This document shows, piece by piece, positions 41,154 to 54,195 of a stretch of DNA of 64,000 nucleotides. Each line of letters opens with the position of its first letter. Within the stretch, counting starts at the first letter, position 1. Made by a program: the position numbers and the translations under genes. The notes beneath the pieces were generated by a model. That model had not been told where the DNA came from. It made no database searches and saw only the letters and a list, made by a program, of their open reading frames with translations. The DNA comes from Antedon mediterranea (taxonomy: Eukaryota; Animalia; Echinodermata), in contig NC_092670.1 of NCBI RefSeq assembly GCF_964355755.1, positions 11,952,795 to 12,016,794 of the forward strand, given 5' to 3'.

Positions 41154-42067
41154 GGGTCTGTTTCTGCTGAAAAAATGAAAATAATCGATTTTTTCCAGTC
41201 ACCGCAAACCACAAAAATAATCGCGTTGCAATTGAAAATTGCTACGACTTTAATCGGTTATTCAGGTAATCGGTTTTTAAAATCACGTCATCATTCTCCC
41301 ACAGCGCAGTTCAAGTTATGAAAGGCCGATGAGAGTTGGTTTGTTTACATCCTAATTCCTATCGCTGCCTAAAACTCTCACATGTAGGATTAAAAATTAC
41401 TCTTACGTAAAGCTATATTATTTGTAAAATAAACATCTAGGCCTACTACCGTACCACATACAACAGAATAATGATGTTATATTAATAAGGACACGTCGGC
41501 GAAAAAAGTTCGTTTCGCCGTTCGTTGGTTCTACCTTCGGCCTGCTAGGCCTAGGCCTCCTATGCTATATATTTCTACCGAAACAAGTCAACAAACAGGC
41601 CTAAAAAATGACATGTAAAACATCGTTAGCATGGACTGGTGGTATGTAACGGGTGTACTTGTAACACAGAATCCTGGAGTCTCTCGGTATAATTCTTCCC
41701 CACAAAATAATAAAAATCAAATGTTTAACATTTGATTGTTATTCGGTCTACATCGCGATAGTGGTTTTGCTGATCGCCGTCGATATTGCGCAAATAAACA
41801 GCATGCTTTGTGACGTGAATAAGTTTGTCATACTCTAGAGGTCAAAGTGAGGTCAATAATCGCTATTTGTGTTGCAGCTCAAAACTGCTCCGCAATAATC
41901 GGTTAAAACAAGAAATAATCGATTAAAACACGCAATGGATTGAGTGTTTTTAATCGGTTATTTTTAATCGGTTATTTTATTTTGCGCCGTTTCTGCTGCC
42001 CAAAAATAATCGATTAAAAAAATAAACGGTTAATAATCGATTATTTCTGCTCAGCAGAAACAGGCCC
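41154..42067. mobile_element. PIF/Harbinger-type non-autonomous element (914 bp)
   Basis: TIR gggtctgtttctgctga / tcagcagaaacaggccc, TAA TSD on both sides, subterminal aatcg(a/g)tt repeats. Confidence 0.88.
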
Positions 42068-42829
42068 TAAATTATTTTTGTGTGTAGGCCGACATCTACG
42101 CACAATCCAAATGTACAGCAACAAACGAAGCTGGCAGAGTAAAAACGCGTTTAGTTTGGATGATGACGTTGCTGAACCGACGAAAATTCAAAGGAGAACA
42201 CTTCTGGTTTTTTAATGTTTTGCTTTTGCAAGAACAATGTGCGACGAAAAGTGAGTTGTTTGTCCCTCAGCCAGTTGTTTTCTTTAAAAAATACAGTTAT
42301 TTTTGTATGTTTTTTGAAATATATTTCCAAACTAAATTGACAATAACCTTTTATAGTGACTGTCATTTACTTTTACCGATGTTGTAAGCTCTTGGTGTAT
42401 AGCATAATAAAGATAGGCTAGCCCTAGCTAGTTAGTTAGGGAGAGTGCTGCCAACGTGGATTGAAACAGGGGTGGGCCCGGGTGATTCTCTACAGTCAAA
42501 TGGACTCCTAGGGGCCTAGGCCTAAACCTTGGTGTTAAGCAAGAAATGAAATTATCTACATACATAAGGTCTGATCATTATTAAACTTAACCAGGGTCTT
42601 AGTTAGGCCTATAATACATTACTATTTTAATTACTAAACATCCATCATCATCATCTTCCATCTTACTTCAAGTTAGAACTTACTTATAATTAAAAACAAA
42701 CCCTTTTTAACCAAAAGCTGAGACAACTTAGTTTACATACACTACAGTAACTAAAGAAGTACAGTACAGTTAAATTATAATTATTATTTGATTTTTTAAA
42801 ATATTTTCAAAAGGCCTAGAGAGTGGAAA

Positions 42830-45800
42830 ATGTCAGGAGGTGCCAAAGGAACAGGAGTAAACTTACTGAAGGTTTGTAATTAAAAATAAAACTACTTAGG
42901 CCTAATTAATAAATAATTACAATTTATTTATCATATTCATAGTAATACAAATCATCATCGATCCATTAGGCAAACCTTTTAACAATAAAAATGTGATTAT
43001 TTATTTTTAGATTTTGTGTGTTCATGGATACAGGTATGTATATCATTAAGTATTTTTATCAGCCTCAAGTAGTATATCAGACTAAACTACAATATTTTAT
43101 TTCCCAGTTAATAATTATTTTTAAGGCAAAATGCAAAAGCCTTCAGGGAAAAAACTGGCTCACTAAGGAAAGCATTGAAGAGACAGGCAGAATTTGGTAA
43201 GATTGTTGTCTTTTCATTTGGAATATAAAGTGACAATAATAAAAGCTTAAAGTTCCAGCCCCAGAGATCCAACATACTATATACTTTCCTTCCTTCAGCC
43301 CTATAAACCACAAAAAAAAAACAATTCCCTCTAGGCAATGTAGTGTAAAGATGATGGTGATTAAAAAAAAACAATTTTAAAAACCAACAAAATAATTTGA
43401 TCCCTAGATGCAGTATCACACCACTACACCACTACACCAGCCAACAAAGGAAATGGTGTTAAACTTGGTACATGAGTTTATAAAATGTCCAATTGAAAAA
43501 ATAAATGCGTTCTGCTGACGGAACCTTAACAAAAATAATTTATATAATAGGCTATTAGTCCAGTCCCTAAGGGGAAATGATGTTACCATAGTGGATACAA
43601 GTGTGCCCTTTGGCATGTTGATAGAACATGATATGGAGATACCAAAACAAAGTTACTGGAAATCTGATTTGACCTCTGTGACCTCTGACCTCAATTTTTA
43701 TATTTCTATCTTAAACAGCCATATCTCCGCAACGGGTTTGACAATTGAAATGATATTGGTGTCAAATAGATCAGAGGGTACATATTTATATTCGCTCTAA
43801 TAGAACTTTTAAAAAAAAAACGACCGGAAATGTAATTTCTCAATGTTTTGACCTTTGACCTCGGCTTACTATATCTCAATAACTACTGGTCAAAATTTCT
43901 TGAAATTTGTTTCAAATTGTTAAGAGCATACATATTTATATATACTCTAATTAAACATGTTCTTCCAAATCCACAGGAAATGTCATTTACTGACCTTTGA
44001 CCTTTAATGTTTAAATATGTCTGTATCTCTGTAACCAAATGTCATAAAAAGTTCAACTTGGTGTCAAAATGTTCAAAATGTAAACATTTATATTAGCTCT
44101 AATAGAAGATGTTATCATATTTTTACTGGAAATGCCAGTTTGAGGTATGACCAGGATATACTGTTAAGCGTGCGTGTGTCATACTTATAATAATATACCT
44201 AAAATATAGATTTAGTGGACCAGAACTACATTCAATATCCTATTTAGCCTTTTACAATTTTCTTAAAACTTAATGTTTAATTTAATTTCAATATATAATT
44301 CCATCGCATGGTAGGCCTACACCGTAAGAGCAACACTTAATATCAACAAAAAATTAGATAAACTTAAAGTTAAATAACATTTAAAAAAAAACAAAGAAAA
44401 TCAGGATCTTAAAGAAAGAAAAGAAGAATTAACCAATGCGATTTGATACTCATAAAACATATGACCTAATTATCAATTAATTGCTTGAAGTATGCTGAAA
44501 AAATAAAATGTTTGAAACAGTGAGGAAAAAGCGAAGAAAAGAAAAACATATGTTTAAAATATTAGAAATCTGAAAAGGATCAAAGACAAATTAATTACAA
44601 AGCTGATTTCTTTTCAAGAACATACTGTAGTGGAATATAAAAGGAAAACAAACCAGTGAGCAGTCAAAATTACCATCTTGGCTTGATGAGGCAATAACAC
44701 ATCCAGCTCATAACACTATACAACAAAATCTTTGAAACCAGAAGAAATTAAGAGAAGCAATGATAATTATACTTTAATCCACAAAAACATGACAAAACTG
44801 ACATCAACCATTACCGACCAAACGAACATTATCACATGTACACAAATAATTTACAAAAGTAATCAAAAAACAAAATCAGAGACCGACTAGAAGTAAATAA
44901 ACCAATATATAAGGCTTTATACAGTAGGACCATCTTATACAGTTTGTCAATCAACTAAAATAAAAAGGAAATGAATATCACCAAATCTTTGATTTAGAGA
45001 TTATCAGAAAGCATTTGACTCAATAAAACAGGCATTACCATATTAGAGGGAAATATTATACCTCAACAAATATTGATTACGATCGTTCAAAGAGAAGTTA
45101 AGGAAGATTAGTAAGACAAGGCGACACTTAAGATCTTCACTGCACTGGAAGGTGTTTAATCAAAGAGCTAATCTAAAAAATAGAGTAAATATCACTTTAA
45201 AGACAAAATAAACAGTTAATTTATCCAAAATCACATTGACTTCCAGCCTATTTTTTGCTTTGAATTACAGTTTTTTTGGTTATGCACTATATCATTTTTT
45301 TTTCAATCCAATTTTGGTGAAACTATTATGTGTGACATTAAAATTGCATATTCAACAAAAATATTTGTCAAAATTACTTTTGTCAGGGGGAAAATAAGTA
45401 TATCTTTAATAGCATGTGATATTATTAGCAAATATTTCAAATGTAGTTTTAAAACTTTCGGATTCCCATTACAAACAATTGCCATAATTCTGATAACATT
45501 ACAATACACCCATCCTCTGGGACTTATTTTCAAATGCAGCTAAAAACTTTCCAGTACAATTCGGGCCATTTTGATGTGTATAGATGCATGCAGTAGCATT
45601 GGAAAAGCAGGAGAGGGGGAGGTGGTTGGGTTGATGGAGAGACACATATTTTTTACATGTTTGTCTACACTATAAACTAGTTTAACAAAAAAGGTGTGAT
45701 GTGCCCAAATATGGTAGTAATATGTCATTCATCGTGTCCATATATGGGCACATCACATTTTTTTGTCACATAAAAATGTTATAGTGTAGACAGAGTTTAA

Positions 45801-48800
45801 CATTTGTGTAACATGTAACAAAAATATGTGTCTCTCCATCCACCCCAACCCCCTCCCCTCTCTCGATCTCTTTTTATAGATTATAAATTGCTAAATATAT
45901 GCAAAACGATGGGTCATAGCTCAAAATGACATTTCCAATTGAATTCTGACAAAATATTTTGTTAGAGCAAATATAAATGTTTATATTCTAAACAATTTGA
46001 CACCAAACTGAACTTTTTAGGACAAATAGTTACCGAGATATTGACATATTCAAACATTAGAGGTCAAGGGTCAAAAAAGCTTAATTTATGGTAATTTTTT
46101 GAAAAAAGTTTCTATTAGACTAAATATTAGATTTATTTTCTTAACATTTTGAGCCCATTCTCAAATCTCTGAGATTGCGTGTTATTGAGATATTAGGCAA
46201 TCAAGGTCAAAGGTCAAACTGAAAAATAAAGCCTTTGCGGCCATTTTTGTACAATTTTTTTCATTATAGCGAATATAAATATATATCTTCCAAGCATTTT
46301 GAAAAAAAAATAAATGCAAAATGTCCCTGCGTTGTCAAGATATGGCGATTTTTAGTTATATAATAGAAAAATATAAAAATTGAGGTCAGAGGTCACAGAG
46401 GTCAAATCAGATTTCCAGTAACTTTGTTTTGGCATCTCCACACTATACTCTACCAAACTGCTATATTGAAAAATTTGTATCCAGTCTGGTAACATCCCAC
46501 CCCTTTTTCTCCCCTTAGGGACTGGACTATATAGCATTGTATGCATTTTTCATTAAACTGGTCCCACTTTCTTTCTAAACCAGACAGAAATGTATTAATT
46601 TATTATATTGGTATACTGTATTTCTTGTAGTTTATATTGATGCTCCAAACACAATACCTGTACCTGACGAGGAAAATGGTAAGAGTGACTTAAATACTGT
46701 ATATTTTAAAAAACAATTCCATGATATAATAGTTAAAAGTTGCTTTGCTATGTCAATAAAAGTTACAAACTAAATTATATTTATATCATCAATAATATCA
46801 TCTACTAATATCAATAGGAGTCGAGCAGCTTGGCTGGTGGTTTTCAAAGCCTAACAATTGCTTCAACGCTCGAGAAGAAAGTACATTTTGTGAAGGCTAT
46901 GATGAGTCTGTACAAGTGATTGTGGATGCTATTAAGGAACATGGTCCATTTGATGGTAAAGACCTGTTTACACTTTAAACATTCTCAGATGATGGTTTGG
47001 ACTGGTGACAGATGAACAATGTTAAAATCTGTTAAGCTCTGTCTACGCTATCAAACTTTGTGTTTCAAAAAAATGTGATGTGCCCATATATAGTGTATGG
47101 ACACGATGATGTCATATCACCACCATATTTGGATACATCACATTTGTTGTCAACTTGTTTCATAGTGTGGACAGAGCTTTACAGTCAACCATCATTTTAG
47201 ATAAACCATTGGTCTGGAGTGCCTTGTTTGCAGAATGCATAGTTGAAACAAATTTACGACCATTTGATTTTTTGGGAGAGTTTTCAATGTTTAGGAGAGT
47301 TGACTTTATAGTAGAATTAAAATTTTATTTTTTATTATTTGAATATTACAGGTATCCTTGGTTTTAGTCAGGGTGCTTCAATGGTGGGCTTTATATGTTC
47401 TTTACAGTGCCAAGGAGGTAGAGTATACTATTATAAAATATCAAAAGCTTAATTAAGTAGGGGCCTACACCATACATACAACAATGATACGATGCCTTAG
47501 TGCGTTGAAACACTGGTTCTTGTCAGATCACTGAGGTTAAGCAATGTTGGGCCCGGTTACGATGGGAGACCATCTGTGAATCGTGTATATGAGAGTGATG
47601 GTGTACCACTGTATGTATCATTGGGCAAGATGCTTTACTCCTAAAACCTTGTTCTTCGTAAAGCAGTTTGTCCCATGTACGTAGTGCAAATTAATTATAA
47701 TAACATATAGCATTGCTGTGCCTTTTTTTCTCATCAACATATTATCTTCATTGAAAGATATAGTACTATAGTAGTAGTGCCTTTCCCCCTTCTTCCAACT
47801 AGATAGATAAAGTATTCCAAAAATAAATTAATGTAATATCTGAAATACAGTGCACTAATTGTTTTTTTACCACAGATGCAAGGTTCAATTTTGATTTTGC
47901 AATTCTAGTAGCCGGATTTAAAAGTGTTAATAGTTTCCACAAATCACTGTATGAGAAACCTGTCACTATGCCGACATTACATGTGTTTGGTGACACTGAT
48001 AATGTGATACCTAAAGGTTAGTTATTAAATATTAAAGGAGTGAACAGATTAGAATTTACAGGGAAATTCAGCAAAACCATGGTTTACTATTCAAAATAGT
48101 TCCCTTAAATTTGTCATTTATCAATGGATGGTCAACATAGATGTATGTTATATAGCGCCCTCTATATTGGCAACACTGAATGTTATAAATAGTTACCTTG
48201 AATTTGTCATTTTATCAATGGATTGTCAGCTAAATGTATGTTATATAGCGCCATCTACATTGCAGAACAAGATTCATTCCGACTGATCTGAAACATTATA
48301 CTGTTTTTCATTGGAAATTACGATTTACTGCACAACACATAGAAAATGTAAATTGTATATTTTTTTATTACTGTATAACTAACTGGAAGCTCTGTCTACA
48401 CTATCAAACTACTGTAGTCCATACATGGACCATCCCTTTTTTTGTCAAATAAAGTTTATTAGTGTAGACAGAGCTTTAGACTTTTCCCATACATTGATTT
48501 TTTTTTATTGGTCAATTGAAATATGTATAGCACCCTCTATATGTCTAATTTTGTAAAATACATTTGTAACCAGATATTTGTACTTTTTTAGAAATGAGTG
48601 AAGATTTACTCACATACTTTGTTGATCCACAAACAGTTAAGCACCCTGGAGGTAAATGTTTTATGATTTTTACAAATACATTTTCCAGACTTGGAAAAAT
48701 TTAATATTGGGCGGTTTTATGAAATGATAATAACATTCTAATGGTACATTGGCTTTTATGATAAGCATGGGTATTTAAGATATGATAAAGGCAAAAAATT

Positions 48801-50877
48801 TGGTGCCAACTCATTAATTCACTTATCTTAGTGATTAGTGGTCTGATTCGAACCAATAACCTCTTGTTTAAAAGCAAAGCACCTAAACCACTAGACCATT
48901 ATTGAATCTAAGTTCATTAGGTGACTTAACGCCAGGAGAATAGTCGTATCATTTCTAGTTCCAAATGCATAAAAAAGATAACTAGTGGTCTGATTCGAAC
49001 CAACAACCTTTCGTTTAAAGGCAAAGCACCTAAACCACTAGACCACTAATCTATAGTAGATGATTTAAGACTGGGATTATAGACAGTAGTACTAGATACA
49101 TCTCATCAATTAAGTTCAATACACTAGTCTTAATTCGTATGTAATTCACCCTGAGGGATACTGGATTTCTCCCATGCTCAATCACCTCTGACAGCTTTTA
49201 TTTTAGATAATATACATAATAGTTGTCTTTGACGTCATTTTTTATAACAGTTTTTAACTCTCTCATAAATAACAGTATAATTAGAATTTTTCTCTCAATT
49301 ATTGTAGAGAAAATTAGTTGCTTTCTTCATCTAAAAATGTTTGAATTAATCCAATTACTTGTCTAATAATATATTATTGCAATTTAAACCAATTGTGTAG
49401 TTGAATTTCCTGTTAACATTCACCCTCTGATCTGAGAAACGTGGGCGAAAGTAAGGAAAACGATAGCCAACAGGCGATTGTTAAATGTTTATCTTTTTAT
49501 GAACGAATTAAAAAATGAATAAAATGATTGAAACATAACAACTATAAGTTTGATTTTATTTATTTTGATTATCTATTATTTCCTTGATTTCCAAAATAAC
49601 TATTCTTGAGATTTCAAGTTAAAGGAACGCTGCAAAATCTTCTAAATTTCTATTTTTTTAGAAAAAAAGAAAAAATAGCTACCGGTAATGTAGAGATAAA
49701 AAAAGTAGAGAGACTAATACATCTTTGCAAAATGCCGGTTTTACACACCATCATAATAATAATTATTTATTATAAATAATCTTTTGTATAGTGCCTAAAC
49801 CCTTGAACTTGGTAGAAATTATGTCATTTCAAATGCTATGCCAAAGAGATGGGTTTTCAGAAACCGTTTGAAGATGTCAATAGTGTTGGCATTCTTGATT
49901 GATTGTTGATCCATAAGGATGGAGCTGTGCAGAGTTTGCAAGGCAATGTGAAGGGACTATAAATTAGGTCCTATCTTTTTCTTATACAAATGCCCTATTT
50001 TTGTACTTTTTTTCCAATATACACCTCAGGAAAGACCTCCCAAGATAAAACATTCTACAACTATAGATTTTCTATTTTCATCACATCACTTGATAACGAC
50101 TGGTAATAGATGTAATGTACACCTTAGGCAGTTATGGATTGCTCTCTTAGGCTCTGTGTTTCATCACCTTTGTCGTATGTCGTTTCCACAATGTCTTTAT
50201 TACCTTTTTACCCCCAGCTGATTTGCACTCCAGCTGATTTCCCCCATTTAGACTGCCTTGAGTACTTTAACTACTTTAACGAGAAAAAAATGCATTATAA
50301 ACTACTGTATAAATAGATTGTTTTAAATTTAATTAATATACACAGTAGATTATGACATGAAATACATCTGACTATCTGTGTATTGAGGGTTTGTTGTTTT
50401 AAGACTAAACTAAAAATGTTTTCAACAACATGGTACACAATTTTCTGCACTAGTCTCATGTTTTAATTAACAAAAACAATACAAAAGTACATAATACTAT
50501 AGTATAAAGAAGTTCCTTAGGGTTTTTTTTTTTAACTTTTTACTTAATTTTTACAAAATTGCATAGAAAATAAGATTATTTTAGAACAGTGGGTGTGTTA
50601 TAAAACAAGTAATGAATGTTTTTTTTATTCATTGAATAGAGAAAATATTTTGATTCAATGAAAAATTGACTGCTCTATTTTCAACTTATGAAATATTCTC
50701 ACCTCCAACACAAAACATTCATTATTTGCATACTAAAATGTCTTAATACTGTATTTGTCTATTATCTCTTTCAATTTTTTTTTTTTAGGTCATTTTGTAC
50801 CAGCATCTTCGCCTCAAAAGAAAGTATACATTGAATTTCTCAACACATTTGTACAGAAGAAAGTTGCAGAATCTTGA
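42830..50877 (+). CDS. OVCA2: Esterase OVCA2 (FSH1-family serine hydrolase), 9 coding exons, 225 aa
   Basis: Exons 42830-42871, 43011-43033, 43126-43196, 46631-46678, 46818-46955, 47352-47417, 47876-48016, 48592-48651, 50789-50877 (678 nt). Motifs ILCVHGYRQN, FREKTGSLRK, GWWFS, GPFDGILGFSQGA, PTLHVFGDTD and HPGGHFVP (Ser-Asp-His triad). Confidence 0.96.
43556..46529. mobile_element. Long inverted repeat / foldback-type element with ~600-bp arms in OVCA2 intron 3
   Basis: Arm 43556-44152 is the reverse complement (diverged) of 45912-46529. Ends are tagtccagtccctaagggga / tccccttagggactggacta. Confidence 0.8.
44640..45200 (+). mobile_element. Highly decayed LINE RT fragment (RTE-like)
   Basis: Residual motifs DKTDINHYRP, DYQKAFDSI and RQGD are readable across frameshifts. 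Confidence 0.55.
47035..47178. mobile_element. MITE family A, most complete copy
   Basis: agctctgtctacgctat ... atagtgtggacagagct with TTA on both sides. Confidence 0.85.
47463..47645 (+). mobile_element. 5S rRNA-derived SINE or 5S pseudogene
   Basis: gcctacaccatac...cgttgaaacactggttcttgtcagatcactgaggttaagcaatgttgggcccggttac..gatgggagacc matches 5S rRNA with indels. It is followed by a CORE-like tcattgggcaagatgcttt. Confidence 0.7.
48835..49048 (-). mobile_element. Two tRNA-derived SINE heads
   Basis: Each reads tggtctagtgg (A box) ... ggttcgaatc (B box) on the minus strand, without a proper acceptor stem. A related fragment lies at about 12553. Confidence 0.6.
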
Positions 50878-51159
50878 CGTTTTGAAGAAATTATAGAGCA
50901 ATTTATATATTATACAGTACAGTAGTTTTTATTGAACATAAAATAGTCAATCATTCCAAATATTGTTCTTATTTTATATAGTTCATTTCGGTACAAATCA
51001 TTTGTTAAAGATTGTCCCCCAAAAGATGAATAAAATCAAACGTTGAATAGGCAATCTTATAAAAAAAATGCTTAAGATGTATTGTCCCCTAAAAACATGA
51101 AAAATGAAGATTAATAATAAAATCAGACTTTAAATAGGCCATTTTGCAGTTTTATCAAG

Positions 51160-51815
51160 TTATTTACCTCCGCCAAGGAGGTATATGTAATCGGTAGCGT
51201 GTGTTTGTTTGTTTGTTTGTTAGCAGGATTACTCAAAAAGAAATTAAAAGATCTTTACCAAAATGAATATACGGATATATATGTGCTCAAGGACCATTCC
51301 ATTAAATTTTGGACAACTTTTTCGGTATACTGTTCAGACCTGCTAGTGTTAAAAGATAGGACAGAATTTTCCAAAAGCCGGCGAGCAGTCTTAAAGTAAC
51401 AAATAAACTGAAATTGCATTTTCTCGAGAACTACTTGTCCAAAAAACTTCATTTTTGTACAAGAGGCAAGAGGTATAATTTGTGATTTGTAAATTTAAAA
51501 CATAATTTGATTTAATGTGCACGTTTTTTTGATGCGAGTAGTTTAAAAAACCTATTTCTTTTCAAATTCACTCGTTTGATTTTCGCGTTGCTGTTCTATT
51601 GTTAGTCAACTGAAGCTATTGTTAATTGAAAGGCTTGTTACATAACCATTACACCAAACTCGCATACACATGCTTGTAGTGAAATTAGCCTAAATCACAA
51701 ACAGCATTAAGACACACACAAATATATATATATATTTCTTTTTTACCGGAGAAATCTTATGTAGGAGAATTTTACAGTAGGCGGATGTATGCACTCTCGG
51801 AGTGTCTTTCTAGTT
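51160..51815 (+). mobile_element. Helentron/DINE-1-like element inserted in a Kolobok-like MITE
   Basis: 5' tacctccgccaaggaggta, (GTTT)n microsatellite, 3' subTIR ggcggatgta, stem-loop cactc..gagtg and a terminal CTAGTT. The host MITE sequence resumes after it. Confidence 0.82.
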
Positions 51816-53897
51816 TACATCTGTAAAAAAAAAAATATTTCACTTATAAAAAGACAAACGAATTACATTTTTCTGGTAAATAAATTTTTGTTTTAGATCC
51901 AGTTTTTAGTAAAAGTGAATAACTATTATGTGCCATTAAAATGGCATATTCTACAAAAAATTGGGGGAAAAAATATTTTTTTGAGAGGGACAATATCTTT
52001 CAAGAATTACACTAATATTTTCTTATCTGAAATTAATCCAATGAATCTCAGGAATAATATGAGTATCTATAAGTTAGCATATTGCGATAAGTCTAATTTA
52101 AACCAGGGAGATGTAAAATAATTATTTTACATCTCCCTGTTTAAACACTCCCTAATTAATGTAAAGGTTTTTTTTCGGTACATAATTTTGGAAATGACAA
52201 CATATTAGGAAGTGACAATCGTGGGACTTGTTGGTCAGTAGTTGTGGTTAGGGCTTCTTGCTGTAGGGTTAAGACCTACACATCTGGGTGTCTGCCAGTA
52301 TTAATGAAATAAAGTTTGGAGACCAGATTGGTTGCGGTTGAACTTTGTTTAAGGTTAAAATCCCACCCATCTGGTTGTCTAAAGGATTTATATAGAAATA
52401 GATGGACTGCAAAATGTTGGTGGTTGTGGTTAGGCTTCTTACTGTAGGTTATGGCCTAAACATCTGGGTGTCTGGGCTAAAAGTTGGATTGTGGTTGAGA
52501 ACATATATGAATATTTGTGTATGATATTGGTGAATTTAAACCAGTCACTACTGATTATCGTTAAGATATGATGATATGCATATTAAAAAAAATTATTAAT
52601 TTATTTATTGAGAGTAAACATTGCAGTTGGACTAAATGCCAGTTGATATACTGTGTTTAGAGGTACTAATAAAAATTACATTGCAAAAGTTGGTGGTGAT
52701 TATTATTACAAAAGAAATATACAGTACTTGATATTAATGTCTTCCAATTCGTGTACACCAGAAAGAAAAAAAAAAAAAACGAATATAAAACACCATGTTG
52801 TATGTACTAAACTTTACATTTGATTTAAAGGGTAGCTCCGGGTATAAAATGTATATTGTTTATATAAACAGTTGCAACTTATTTTTCGTCATCTCTAAAG
52901 CAGAAAGAGCGAGAATTTTACCGATTTTAAATGACTTGCACCAAAAACGCTAACCGGGTAGCTATTTGTAATTATTGAAATATTATTTTCTTGTTTAAAA
53001 TCGAATGTTCTTTCGATTTGTAATTATATAAGTTTCTTCCTAAAGCCCAGTCTACTCTACACTATCAAACTAGTTTGATAAAAATTAATAAATATGGTAC
53101 TGATATGACGTCACCGTGTCCATATATGGGCACATTACGTTTTTTTTTAAATTCTTCAAATTTACGTAAAATAATAATAAAAAAAAAACTATCATAATGA
53201 AGACTCTATTAATATTTCCAATTGAAAATGCTTCCAAACTTTAAATGTACATAAAAATAAACGACACTTAGAACAGTGTAGTAGTTTTTTCAAATCATTT
53301 CAAAACATATAGGCCTACAAAAAGACAAGATAACAGAAAAAAAAGCAATTTGAGCAAAAAAGAAAAGAAGAAAAAACCATAAACAATTGCATAAATAAAA
53401 GTTCAAAATTGAGACTATACAGTAATGTTAATATTTTCCAATTGAAAATGCTTCCCAACTTTAGACGAAGACATAATATAGAACAGTGTTTTACAAGCTT
53501 GTATCATTAATAATTTTAAGTTTAAGAAGTTATTAATTTGTTCTGTTCTATTAATAACCCAGTTAGTGAAAAAATAACTTTGTCAAAACACCACAGGATT
53601 GATTGACGTGAACAGTATGTGGTTATGAGAACTTTTATTTTTGACAGCAAAGGTCAATAAACTCTGCAATTAATGTTGGAGTTTTCTATTAATAGAAATA
53701 TCCACGCCATTCGCAGCTTTATTGATTCGATTTCTTTCGTTTTTGTTTTTTTTTTTTTTTTGCGCTGTGCAGTCAAAAGTTTTGTTTTTGAAATTGAATT
53801 GGCTTGAATCAGTCACTTTCCCTAAGTGGGGACCACTGAACATTACATCACATTGTAAATGATTAATTAAAGAAATAATATTTGATCCTGTTTCTCA

Positions 53898-54195
53898 GCT
53901 CGTATTTCCGCAGCCATAAAAACAATTATCCGTTAATTTTTAACCAGTCAGATAATTACACAAAAAAGTGCGCATGATCAGTCATTACTGAACAACAACC
54001 AAGTTTCCAATTACAACGCAACAGGTCAAAGGTTAAAAAAGTATCGCATTTATCCGATAATTATCTGATTTGAATGAGATATAAATATTACTGGTTAAAT
54101 TTTCTCGAATGGAATCGGTTAAACACCGTTTCTCAGAAGGAACTTTATCGGTTAATTATCGGTATCGGTCAATATTTTGCTGCGGAAATACGGCC
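53898..54195. mobile_element. Harbinger-like MITE (298 bp)
   Basis: TIR cgtatttccgcagc / gctgcggaaatacg, with TCA on both sides. Confidence 0.75.

Noticed and set aside
43591-46546. Duplicated peptide PKQSYWKSDLTSVTSDLNFYI on opposite strands
   Set aside because: An artefact of the inverted repeat arms, not a gene pair.
47463-47580. Functional 5S rRNA gene
   Set aside because: Insertion near the 5' end, deletion in the internal control region and a divergent 3' end.
48835-49048. Functional tRNA genes
   Set aside because: A and B boxes are present, but there is no canonical cloverleaf or acceptor stem. They are SINE-like.
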